A stretch of 64,000 nucleotides of DNA from Mytilus trossulus (taxonomy: Eukaryota): positions 17,856,001-17,920,000 of the forward strand of contig NC_086373.1 of the NCBI RefSeq assembly GCF_036588685.1. Direction: 5' to 3'. Shown here in pieces: positions 52,346 to 64,000 of the stretch. How positions within the stretch are numbered: the first letter of the stretch is position 1; every line of letters begins with the position of its first letter. Under the pieces are notes generated by a model. The model saw only the letters and a program-made list of their open reading frames with translations, had not been told where the DNA came from and ran no database searches. The translations under genes were made by a program, and so were the position numbers.

Positions 52346-54597
52346 ACTGATCACAAAACAGACAGTCACTGAGTCTTACATCCACCACTTGTCCCCCAAA
52401 ATAGACCATCGAGAAAAAGGAAAACTTGCCGAATTTAATCCAACCAGTACAGACTACAGACTATCAGACACTAGGGAACCTAAGACTTGAACTATATGTT
52501 ATAAAACTGTAGGATTATAAAAGACTAGAAATTCTGTAAAAAAAAACAATGATTGAAGAAAGCAATAACAAAATAAGCTTACGGAATTAAAATTTTTAAG
52601 AGAGCGCCTGATATAATCAATCTTTCACTAGGACACGACATGGTAAACTTAGAATGCAACCGATTCTCAAATATCACAACAAATAGGACCAATATCTTGT
52701 ATACACCCCCCTTTTCCCCAAAAATAATAAATAACAATGAATAAATAAAATGCCAATGCAAGTCTGTCTTCGACTTTGAATATGTTTTTGGTATTTCCTG
52801 CAAAAATAAAAAAAAGTTTGAATAACATGAAATTGACGGGCCCATATGTATATATTTTATATTTATTCAATCAATTGGTATACTCGTTGCCGGATACAGC
52901 TATACGGTGTAAAAACCTATTCAGATAATATCCTGTTTCACTGCAACACGGAAGTAATTGTCATTTAAAATGGACAAAAGGTATACACAAAGTATGCATT
53001 TAAAGTTTCCTATTTTTCAAGTGCAGAAACTTGATTTAACATGTATTTATCAATGAGAAATATATTTAGAAACCGAACGAGATATATATTTGAAAAGAAA
53101 GCCCCTAATAGATACGCAAATGTACACAATGAGTAACGGATTTAAATACCCAAATACTCATAAATTGAAATGTCCTTTAAAATTTATGTTTTTTTGTATA
53201 CATAAAAACGTATGTAAACGGCTACAGTAGTTGTTTGTGTGTAGGGGTTCGGATATCATCGAATACAGGAGTCGGTTATCTTATTGTCACCTTTGATGTA
53301 CATAATAATTTAGTATCATCTGTGCACGGATCTGGGATAGAACGTCGTCATACGAGCTTTTATTATATTTATACAATTAAAAGATTTAATGTTTCAATGA
53401 ATTCACTAGGATGAATTCTTGGAATGAATGATTTTCACAATTTCCCCCTCATTATCTTTTAGCTATCCAATATGATCCAATATCATATTTGACAGTTGAG
53501 GTAAATCATATAAATTAATGTTTAATAAATATCTCTGACAGGAGATGAGAAACTGTTCTACTCTCGAAAAGATTTAATATAAAAAGGAAATTGACAATTA
53601 TGATGCTTTTAAAGTCAAATATGCTAGCAACGTGACAAATTATAAATAAATGAACGCAAATCTTCCATTAGTTTACAGTGAATATCGACATGCCTTATTT
53701 ACAGCAATATTTGATTGTGCTCAAGTCACTCTAAAACACGGCAAGTTAAACTCCGGAGAAGTTGTTTCACAATGTTTTCGAAAAGGAGAACCGAGAAATG
53801 GTTGATTGGTTTTAAGTGCGAAACTATGAAATATTAGATTGACATATTTTTGCAGATTGTTTTGCCATAATGAATACCAATCATCTGTTTAATTGGTTGT
53901 GAAGAACGCCAATAAAGCTAAAAATAAATCAATTCCTGCTTTGTCATAATCTAAAATGTCTCTGATTAAACTCTTGTTGTGAAAAAGTGGAACCAAGTCA
54001 AATCCTTTTTTACTTTTTGCACGATGGACTTCACTTCAATACTATAAGCTCTTAGCAGATCTTTGGAAAGAAGAAGTATGCACACAGTAAGCCTGATTTG
54101 GATTGGATGTCGTATGATATACTAAAGAAATAGATGTGAGCATGATATGTTTTTGAACTATTTTTTTTTATATTCCGAAGACATGGCTATTCCAAGAGAG
54201 AAAATTCAAAAAAATTAGAGATTTTTTAAAGCTATTTTGTTGTTAACTTAAAAAAGACTGATAGGGTTCGTGCAACGGAAGGTCTACCGCATACGCGAAA
54301 ACAGACAATATTACATAATTGTTAGTTTGATTTTCTTTTTCGTTTTGTTTTACTCAAAGTAAATGCTTTTGCGTCTCGGGAGAGAAATCATTTTTTTTAA
54401 ATTTATTTCATTGTTATCTTTTTGTTTAACTCAAAATAACGTAGCCAGTAAATCATCTCAATATACCTAAATGATGAAAGTCCACTTGATATTTTATTTC
54501 AGATTCGTCCAGTTAGGTACTACTGTGGCATTTTGGATTCCCCTGGTAATCTTGCACATCCGAACTAGAGGTTAACATGCAACCAGGTGATCAATTC

Positions 54598-56890
54598 AAC
54601 TTCAAGTCTAAACCTCCTGATTGCACTTGTGCTAGTTCCCAATTCACATATAATCCTGCTGGCCACGTTATTACCGGTGACCTTAACATAGTTAATAACA
54701 CTTCTCTACGATATATGTTATCGAAAGGTCCGAAATATCGTGAGCCTAAATCCATCCTTTGGAAATACAACTTTAAAATTTTGATTGATTCAGTCGAGGA
54801 TTATGCCAGGCAATGGGCTAAGCACGAGAAGGAAGACATATACACTCTTTCCGAATTGATTAAGGCAGTGAGGTCGTTGATACAAATCAGAATTAAGAAA
54901 CTGAATGGGTCTGTCAATGCCCATGTTACGTCAATCTTTATAAAAGACTCAAATGTTGCAAAACATCTATCCTACCTCCATGACAAATTTGTTGTTGTCC
55001 CCGCAGACAAAGCCCCAAACAACAGGGATTTTGTGTGAAAAACTCATTACATTAACTGCTTGATAAACATATCAGGTATTGACAATTCACTTGGAAACTC
55101 AACATATACCCTCTCGACACTAACCAAAGAGGAAATACTGGATAATCATAGGTCTGTTCTATGTCCCTTTGGAATTTCAACCAAAGATGAAAAACTGGAT
55201 CTTCCATCACTGTATTGGATACCTAAACTACAAAAGTGTCATTACAAACAACGGAATATTGCTGGGTCTTCCAAGTGCTCCACGAAACCTCTTTCTAAAT
55301 TATTAACATCTATTTTATCAGCAATCAAAGACGGGCTTCAAAGTTATTGTGAAACTGCCTATTCTAGAGGTGGCGTGAATTAAATTTTGATACTTAAAAA
55401 TCCCAAAGATCTTTTAGAGTAAATACAATCTAACTCTCTTTCATCTTGTAACAGTATTAAAACATTTGACTTTTCTACTCTTTACACAAGTATTCCACAT
55501 TCCAAAACTAAAAGACAAATTGAAAGAGTTGGTATTGCTTTGCTTCATAAAAAGGAATGGCCAACGCAGATACAAGTATCTTGTTTTAGGGAGGGATAAA
55601 TCCTACTTTGTAAAGGATCACTCTGATTCAAACAAAAAATTCTCTGAAATTGATATTATCAAGATGCTTGATTTCTTGATTGACAACATATTTGTTACGT
55701 TCAGAGGACGTGTTTTTTCAACAGACTGTCGTCATTCCAATGGGAACAAACTCTGCCCTTCTATGCCGACTTGTTTCTTTATTATTATGAGGCTGACTTC
55801 ATGCAGGAACTTCTTAGGAAGAGAGATAAGAAGTTATCAATATCCTTTAATTCTACTTTCCGCTATATAGATGATGTTCTTTCACTAAATAATTCAAATT
55901 TGGTGACTATGTGGAACGTATATATCCCATCGAACTAGAGATAAAGGATACTACAGGTACAGTAAAATCGTCCTCATATCTTGACTTACATCTAGAAATT
56001 GACAATGAGGGTCGGTTGAAAACAAAACTTTACGACAAAAGAGATGATTTCAGCTTTCCAATTGAGAACTTTCAATTTCTAAGTAGCAACATTCCAGCAG
56101 CACCTGCATACGGGGTGGGTATATATCTCCCAATTGATACGATATTCCCGTGCTTGCATTTCCTATCATGATTTTCTTGATAGAGTGTTGCTGCTCACAT
56201 GGAAGCTACTCAAACCAAGAGTTCTAAATAGTGAAGTTGAAATCCTCCCTTCGTAAATTTTACGGACGCCATCACGAGTTGGTTGACCGTTACGGAATAA
56301 CCGGTTCACAAATGATATCGGATATGTTCCCTACGTCGTAACTGCAATCCCCTTCCCTTTCATAAATGTGACCTACCGAATTAGACTATTTACCGGATTT
56401 TTTTTTATCACATAAGCAACACGACGGGTGCCACATGTGGAGCAGGATCTGCTTACCCTTCCGGAGCACCTGAGATCACCCCTAGTTTTTGATGGGGTTC
56501 GTGCTGTTTATTCTTTAGTTTTCTATGTTGTGTCATGCTGTTTATTCTTTAGTTTTCTATGTTGTGTCATGTGTACTATTGTTTGTCTGATTGGTTTTTT
56601 TTTTAATTTTTAGCCATGGCGTTGTCAGTTTATTTTAGATTTATGAGTTTGACTGGGACATCTTTCGTCCCCCTCTTTCAATATACATTGTATACAATTG
56701 CATTTCGTTTTCTTATTAAGCAAGTTGTCAGTTTATTTTTGATCTATGAGTTTGACTGTCCCTTTAGTATCTTTCGTCCCCCTCTTTCAATGTACATTGT
56801 ATATAATTGCATTTCGTTTTCTTTTTTAGCCACTTGTCTGTTTATTTTTTATCTATGAGTTTGACTGTCCCTTTTGTATCTTTCGACCCT
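54598..56890 (+). mobile_element. 5'-truncated Penelope-like retroelement, Naiad type (pseudogenised RT)
   Basis: CxC linker (DCTC..GHVITGDL), KGPKYR, PADKA, LYWIPKL, YIDD at 55864-75, YLDL, LYDKRDDF. No C-terminal GIY-YIG. Stops at 55036, 55381 and 55420 plus frameshifts. The 3' terminus is reiterated three times at 56620-56890. Confidence 0.88.
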
Positions 56891-57058
56891 CTCTTATACA
56901 ACAGTTCTCAATACCACAATAATCATTATTTATGAGTCCCTGAAAAAGAGATGAAGTTTTTCATGACATGAATTTGTGCAGAAATAGGCCGTTTAGTATT
57001 AACAAAATCTTTAATGGCCTCCATTTCCCAAACATACCTATAAATGGGATCTACTTTT

Positions 57059-58405
57059 TAGCTCACCTGGCCCGAAGGGCCAAGTGAGCTTTTCTCATCA
57101 CTTGGCGTCCGGCGTCCGTCGTCGTCTCGTCGCCCGTCGTCGTCCGTCGTCGTCCGTCGTCGTCCGTCGTCGTCCGTCGTCCTGCGTCCGTCGTCGTTAA
57201 CTTTTACAAAAATCTTCTCCTCTGAAACTGCTAGGCCAAATTAATCCAAACTTGGCCATAATCATCATTGGGGTATCTAGTTTAAAAATTGTGTCCGGTG
57301 ACCCCGCCAACCAACCAAGATGGCCGCCAAGGCTAAAAATAGAACATAGGGGTAAAATGCAGTTTTTGGCTTATAACTCAAAAACCAAAGCATTTAGAGC
57401 AAATCTGACATGGGGTAAAAATGTTCATCAGGTCAAGATCTAACTGCCCTGAAATTTTCAGATGAATCGGACAACCTGTTGTTGGGTTGCTGCCCCTGAA
57501 TTGGTAATTTTAGGGAAATTTTGCTGTTTTTTGTTTCTATCTTGAATATTATTATAGATAGAGATAAACTGTAAACAGCAATAATGTTCAGCAAAGTAAA
57601 ATCTACAAATAAGTCAACATAACCAAAATGGTCAGTTGACCACTTTAGGAGTTATTGTCCTTTATAGTCAATTTTTAACCATTTTTCGTAAATCTTGGTA
57701 ATCTTTTACAAAAATCTTCTCCTCTGAAACTACCAGGCCAAATTTAAACAAACTTGGCCGCAATCATCATTGGGGTATCTAGTTTAAAAATTGTGTGGCG
57801 TGACCCGGCCAACCAACAAAGATGGCCGCCATGGCTAAAAATAGAACATAGGGGTAAAATGCAGTTTTTTGCTTATAACTCAAAAACCAAAGCATTTAGA
57901 GCAAATCTAACAGGGAGTAAAATTGTTAATCAGGTCAAGATCTATTTGCCATGAAATTTTCAGATGGATTGGACAAACTGCTGTTAGGTTGCTGCCCCTG
58001 AATTAGTCATTTTAAGGAAATTTTGCCGTTTTTTGTTATTATCTTGAATATTATTATAGATAGAGATAAACTGTAAAGGGAAACAATGTACAGCAAAGTA
58101 ACACCTAAAAATAAGTCAACATGACCTAAATGGTCAATTGACCCCATAAGGAGTTATTGCCCTTTATAGTCAATTTTTAACAATTTTCATAAAATTTGTA
58201 AATTTTAACTAACATTTTCCACTGAAGCTCTTAGGCCAAGTTCAATATAGATAGAATGATTGTAAGCAGCAATAATGTTCAGTAAAGTAAGATATACAAA
58301 CACATCACCATCACCAAAACACAATTTGTCATGAATTCAAATGCGTCCTTTGTTTAATATTCACATAGACCAAGGTGAGCGACACAGGCTCTTTGGAGCC
58401 TCTAG
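57059..58405 (+). mobile_element. Helentron-associated (HINE/DINE-1-like) element with internal 502-bp repeats
   Basis: SubTIRs gctcacct / aggtgagc, 5' ggccc..gggcc hairpin, (cgtc/cgt)n microsatellite, repeats at 57201 and 57703, 3' aggctc-tttg-gagcct hairpin, T-rich flanks. Confidence 0.85.
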
Positions 58406-58819
58406 TTTTACAAATCATGCATTCTATTGCATGCGCAATTTCATAAGCACAACTATTTATCCTGGAAATGAGAAATGAATTTGTAACTCAAAATTCATCT
58501 AAAAATACCGCCATTTGGTACAAAGACGCGCAATTCGTCTACATTATAATCGGAAGTGGCGCTCAATCAACAGTTCGAAGTAAAAATGAAATAATTGTTG
58601 AAGAGCATACAAATCTAAAATTTGTATTAATGAAGCGGTTGTAAGTCATGCCCAGTGTATGAAACACTTAGTTTTTCGAATAACTTGATTTAAGAACATA
58701 AAAAAGCAGAAAAATTTCGAAATGTTGTACCATAAAGGCTTTGACATCTATGCATGGTGGAAAATTTTAGGACATCGAATAATAATACGTTCAATGAGAA
58801 GGAATTACAATAAAAAAAC

Positions 58820-59771
58820 GGGCGATGTCTTTTTGCGCCAAAAAGTAACTCATTTACGCCACAACTTAATTGCGTCAATACTTCTTTTGCGCCACCTAAT
58901 TTTCAAAAGTAAAGGTATCATTTGCGCCAATAAAATAATCCGCTTATTGCGCCAATTTTATTTATTTTCATATAACAACTTAATGATTGACTAGGTACCA
59001 TAAAAAAATCCTCTGGCATTGTACACAGAAAATAGCCTCTCATCCTAATAAAATTATCCCGCTTAGTGGATCGTTACACAATACAAAGTCATCATCTTTG
59101 TTTGTAACAACACCAATATCATCCAATATTCTGAAATTCTGCTTGATTTTTAGGTTGAGCCGGATGCAGTTTTCTTCTCTCTCTATACATAGACTGACGC
59201 ACATATTTTAAATCTTTCTTTTCTAAATTTTCTTCTTCAATTTTATCATTTTTATAGGTCGCGATGAAAACATATTGGTTGCTTTTCTTATGTTCAAAGA
59301 TCTCAAAATTTGACGTTCTAATTCCTGGAGACTGATAATGAAATAATTATATTTCTTTTTACAAATGAAAATGTGGTATTGTATACGCCAAAATCTGCTG
59401 TGAAATTTTCATACTTAGCGAAAACGTATTTTATACTCATGATAGTTGACTTGTATTTGTATTATACTTTAAGAAAAATTGTTTTATAGTCTCTCAAAAC
59501 TCTTCTTAGATTGGCTCTTATTGTTATCTTGCATTTTAAACAGCTGTATATTTTATATGTAACAAGTGGTGAGACTTTCATAAAGTATTTGTCTTGTCTT
59601 GTCTTGATATAGGTAAAACATGTACAGGTATGATATAGGTACAAAATATTAACAGGTAAATGTGGCGCAATTTCATTTCATTTATTGGCACAATTAATAC
59701 CATCAAAATAAAAGAGAGTGGCGCAATTAATACCTTTTCAAAACTGCAATTGGCGCAAATTGATTCTGCCC
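58820..59771. mobile_element. Mutator-like element, TTGCGCCA family (copy 3)
   Basis: gggc...gccc ends with motif clusters. Flanks taaaaaaac / ccaaaaaac (7/9 match). Confidence 0.8.
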
Positions 59772-60579
59772 CCAAAAAACTACATTAATAATATTTATGT
59801 TAAACGCAAAAATGCTAAATACCGGGCTATAAGGGATATCACCGGGAACGTTCACCAAAACTATTCGAAGATACCAGAATTATGATTTGGTTATGAGTTG
59901 GAAGGTAAAATGAAAAACGAAGTTGAAAACTAAAACAAATCGAAAATTCCGAAAAGTTGTACCAATATGGGTATGGCAATCTATGCATGGGAGTTGAAAA
60001 CATTTCAAGTTGTGTATCGAATAGTTGAACATTTTATAAGAAGTTAATTTTCAAAAGACGAACATACAGTTATGTTACATTTAAGCACAAAATGCTAACT
60101 TCTTGGCTTATGATACCCTTGTTGATGAAACGTACACAAGCAATTGCATCATAAAGTTTTCTAAAAATCACATACAAAATTTCAGTTCTTTTTGGTTTAT
60201 GCAATTTTGTATGAATAGTGGTCAATCAATATATTTGGACAGTAAGAAATTGCTAAACTTTTTGTAATTTTAACCAATACCCTAAGTGCCGGAACACAGT
60301 TTTCAATACAACATGTTTTGAAATAGCTTTCCATACAGCAAACAACGCTTTCGTAATTTACAAATCATGTGTTGGTGTTTAGAATTTTCGAAAAATGAAA
60401 TTAGCACTTTATAAATTTGTTGCATCCGAAGAGCTTTTCTAGATTAACCCTTTTAAAAACCAATAACTAATCTAAAGGCCAAGGATCTATATAAATACTT
60501 AGACGCTATGTGACACAAAGAATAGCCAAAAACCATCCAAAGAAGTTTTGCTTATGGATTTAATAACCGTTAATTCTAT

Positions 60580-60905
60580 TACTACCACTTTGCAACACTT
60601 CAGCTGGTGGATTTCTAGAGGGTATCACCAGCCCCGTAGCCCAAACATCGATACTAGTATGGACATTGTGTTAATAAAATTTGCTGTGACAAATATTTTA
60701 AATTATTTCAAATTGAGATACTCATTTTCCTCATGAAAAGCTCCGATACCTCGCCAAGTTTTGGCTTTATTTTTTTGGTTATAAGCGTTTTATGTTTCAA
60801 AATAAGTTTGGATCTTTAAAGATTTTGGTTTCGAGGATCAATGAAGAAATATCAATTTTCGAAATGCGCATCTAGTGCCGAAAAAATGATGACGTTAATG
60901 TTATA
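60580..60905 (+). mobile_element. Decayed retrozyme-like repeat with a broken hammerhead
   Basis: ggatca-aTGAAGA-...-GAAA-tgcgca-TC-tagtgc at 60835-60878 has the same layout as 15394-15437. Confidence 0.5.
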
Positions 60906-60969
60906 TATTGACATCAAATTTGAGAAATGTATGAAATTGATGTAAAGATAAATGTTTCGAGTTATTTAA

Positions 60970-61318
60970 AAAACAAAATGTGTCCATAGTACACGGATGC
61001 CCAATCCGCACTATCACTTTCTATGTTCAGTCGACTGTTAAACTGGGGTAAAATCTCTAATTATCCAAATAAGAAAGATGACATCATAGGGAACATGTGT
61101 ACTAAGTTTCAAGTTGATTGGACTGCAACTTCATCAAAAACTACCTTGACCAAAAACTTTAACCTGGAGCGAGACAGACGGACTAATGGACGGACAAACG
61201 GACGAACGGTACATCGAACGGACGAACGAACTAACAGACGAACGAAAAAATGAACTAACGGGCGGACGAAAGGACGCACAGACCAGAAAACATAATGGCC
61301 ATAAATGGGGCCTAAAAT
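60970..61318 (-). mobile_element. HINE-like element
   Basis: (gacg/aacg)n microsatellite, aagtttcaagttgattgg core and terminal inverted repeat. Confidence 0.65.
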
Positions 61319-61847
61319 ATGATAGACAGGGAAAAGATTATGTTTGATAAAAAATCGTGTGCATATTGCATTACAGTATACAGTAGATTTAACTATAACT
61401 GTTGGGTTAAATTTCTGTAAGTTTTCTACTCTCTTTATATCAAAGCAAGTAAGAGTCTTGACTGAATGGAACTTGCTGATTTATGTTTGGAACGATGAGG
61501 GAACTTCTACAAAAAGTAATGTACTAGTTATAAATCTGCTGTTAGTGCAGGTTTTTTTTTACGAATTTGTTAAACAAACGGGAAATACAATAACAAAGAA
61601 AAGTCAAAACTATTGTATTCTGGTCGACATAGGGTAGTGAACAAATTATGGTGGGGTATATTTCATGTTTTAATTGATGCATTAAACATTTAACAACCGC
61701 TAAAATATAACGAACGGAAGTACATTCTTACCGAACGCCGCTTTTTCTCGGAAATTTTATTTGAAATCTCACACGAAAACGAAACTTCCTATGCTATTGC
61801 TTTGCATTTCTTACCTTTCACATGTTGTAATACCAGTTTTCTGTTAA

Positions 61848-62521
61848 AGAGGCATTAGCTATCACAATGATGTTTCCTGATTTGTCCTCAATTCTTATAT
61901 TTAATCTATAACATTCATAAACGAAGTCTGAAAAAAACTGCAGTTTAAAATGCTTGTACTCGATAATATATATTAACTGTTCGTGTGTATTTTTAGTCTA
62001 GACGCCATCTAATTAACTAGAACCGAGATAACATCCGAAGACTGCATCGATCAAACAAACCCGATATAATCTAAAACATAAATATAAAACGATAGCGACC
62101 TCATGCAATTGGGACTTTTGTAGGTCTGTTTAATTTCACGGCGTAGGTTAATAAAATAAGTTAATTATTATTTTTAAGAATGTTTTTTTTGCAGATTGAA
62201 TCAGTCAACGAAATGGTTCACCTTTTTCACGTTTAATGTTGACATTCTTTTCCTTTTTTAAAATGTCTGAAAACGACTTATACAAGCGTACACAATCAGT
62301 ACTTAATGAATTAAATTGAAGGTCACATAAATACGGAATCAATATGGTCGATTTATTTGCCTGCAAGTTAATAATTCATCAGGTACGTTTCTTTGCTTGT
62401 TTTCACAAAATTCAATCTAATGTGCTGCTAAAGCGTATTATTGTTTCATCATTTTACTTTTATTAATAATTGATTAGAAACAAAAATCACAATCTAATTA
62501 TATCTCGTAGCCAATACCCCA
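61848..62521. mobile_element. TTAA-flanked MITE, Kolobok-like, decayed
   Basis: TTAA at 61844-47 and 62522-25. agaggcattagcta / tagccaatacccca imperfect TIR. Confidence 0.6.
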
Positions 62522-64000
62522 TTAAGAGTAAAATGTAATTTTTGACAAGGTAAAATTGACGAATGTTAAGGCTTGGCCTGGTCAATGAACCCACAAGCTA
62601 TTCATATATTATAACTATTCAGGTAAACTTGTAACGATTTGAAAGGCAACTCAACCTTTTCAAGAAATATTGTTATGCAAGAATAAGCCTTGTTAATAAG
62701 GACAAATATTTTGACTGAAATTACACATTTCCTTACAAATCGAGGAAATAAACATCTTCCGTTTTTATCTAAAATAATTTTATTCTTTTTATGTCCATAA
62801 AAAAATCTAAAAGTTAATGATTAGATAGAAGAAAATATGTTTTTAGGTAAAATTCCCCTAAAACATAAGGGAATATTAATACAGGTTCCCTTAGCAATTA
62901 TTTAATGAATGCAAAAAAATGAACTGCCTTCATCTGTTTTCCCTGTTCTTATTCTTCAGTAGTAAAAGCATCATTGATTTCCCCTTTTTGTGTCTGTTAA
63001 ATTAGCACTTAAAAAATGGTACAGATTTTGTTGTCGTTTCCAATAAAACATTGAAAATTTTACATAACATTTCATTCCATATAAGAAATAACCAAAACCT
63101 GAAGTAAACCAATTAGATCTTCACCCCTTTTTACCTGTACACAAGCTTTAGTAACCATGTCGCCATAAGTTTTCAATATATATGGTAATGGCTCAGGTTT
63201 TTTCTGCAATGAAATGCAGGGTAAATAGCTGTCAAAATCAATGGAATATTTTTATTATCAGTTTTGTATGAAACTGGATGTAACGTTCTATTATTCGGTG
63301 GTATTATACATTTTAAAGGGAAACCCCTCCGTAAAAGTCATGGTTTTTTTTCCTTTTCGGATTTCATCATGAAATTAAAAACATGATATTAGTATAACTC
63401 CCCGATATAGCATGATTGCTTTAACTTTTTAACTTCTTGTGAGAATCTCCCCCCCCCCCTTTTCCAAAAAAAAGAAAGAAAAACAAGGAAGAGAGAAAAC
63501 TTAGTTTAAAGGGTTACATGCATATAACTTTTTTTTGGCGTGACTTAAATTAAGATTGTTTTAAAGGAAATGTTTAGTTTAAGAATTTACATGCAGTCCA
63601 CTTCTCGATTTAGTTAAAAGTGTGAAGTGTCTCGAGTGTTACTTGGAAAACTTCAGTAGTATATGTAAATGGGTACTTGTATGCCATTTTTTTTAAAATC
63701 CAATCAATCCCATATCTATTTTAACTCTATTCTTATTCATAAGTAAGATAGACAATACATAAACAGACTTCAAGTGATATATACCTTATTTTGTATTCAA
63801 TTTTATCAAAAAAGAAGGCAATGCCAGTTAATCGAAAATATTCATAATTGTAAAGGCCTATACATTCATAAAACCAAACGTAATTCAACGCAACATATTG
63901 CTGTTGACGGCTATTTTGAATCAATATCTTATACTTTTTTTTTTATAAAATTTTGTATCGAAGGGTATCTTTAGCCAAATTAATTGAATTGTATATGAAA

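Noticed and set aside
54577-54597. ATG giving a host-Naiad fusion protein
   Set aside because: Chance ATG in the flank of a 5'-truncated element whose downstream frame is broken.

Overview
AT-rich, intron-containing animal DNA. The repeat families resemble those I recall from mytilid bivalves; this is an inference, not a database result. Protein-coding content: (1) two tandem CLN8 (TLC-domain) paralogues with intronless CDSs on the + strand (19126-19965 and 31654-32469); (2) a six-coding-exon group I PAK kinase on the - strand (46306-38684, 484 aa, all splice phases consistent); (3) a head-to-head pair of small Cys-rich genes, namely a 98-aa Cys-rich single-TM ORF (-, 9010-9306) and a three-exon 102-aa cysteine-string protein (+, 9634-11299) that the ORF track misses. 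Between the CLN8 copies lie an apparently exact 1195-bp tandem duplication and a 4.2-kb two-part satellite (24 x 50 bp, then 49 x 61 bp, sharing a 33-bp core, with a 15-monomer higher-order period). Much of the rest is mobile DNA: Naiad-type Penelope-like retroelement fragments, CR1-like LINEs (two nested in one short palindromic TIR element with an 8-bp TSD), hammerhead-ribozyme (retrozyme-like) remnants, Helentron-like elements, and MITEs with TTAA, TA, CAG, 5/6-bp and 9-bp target duplications. No CRISPR, rRNA or tRNA was seen.
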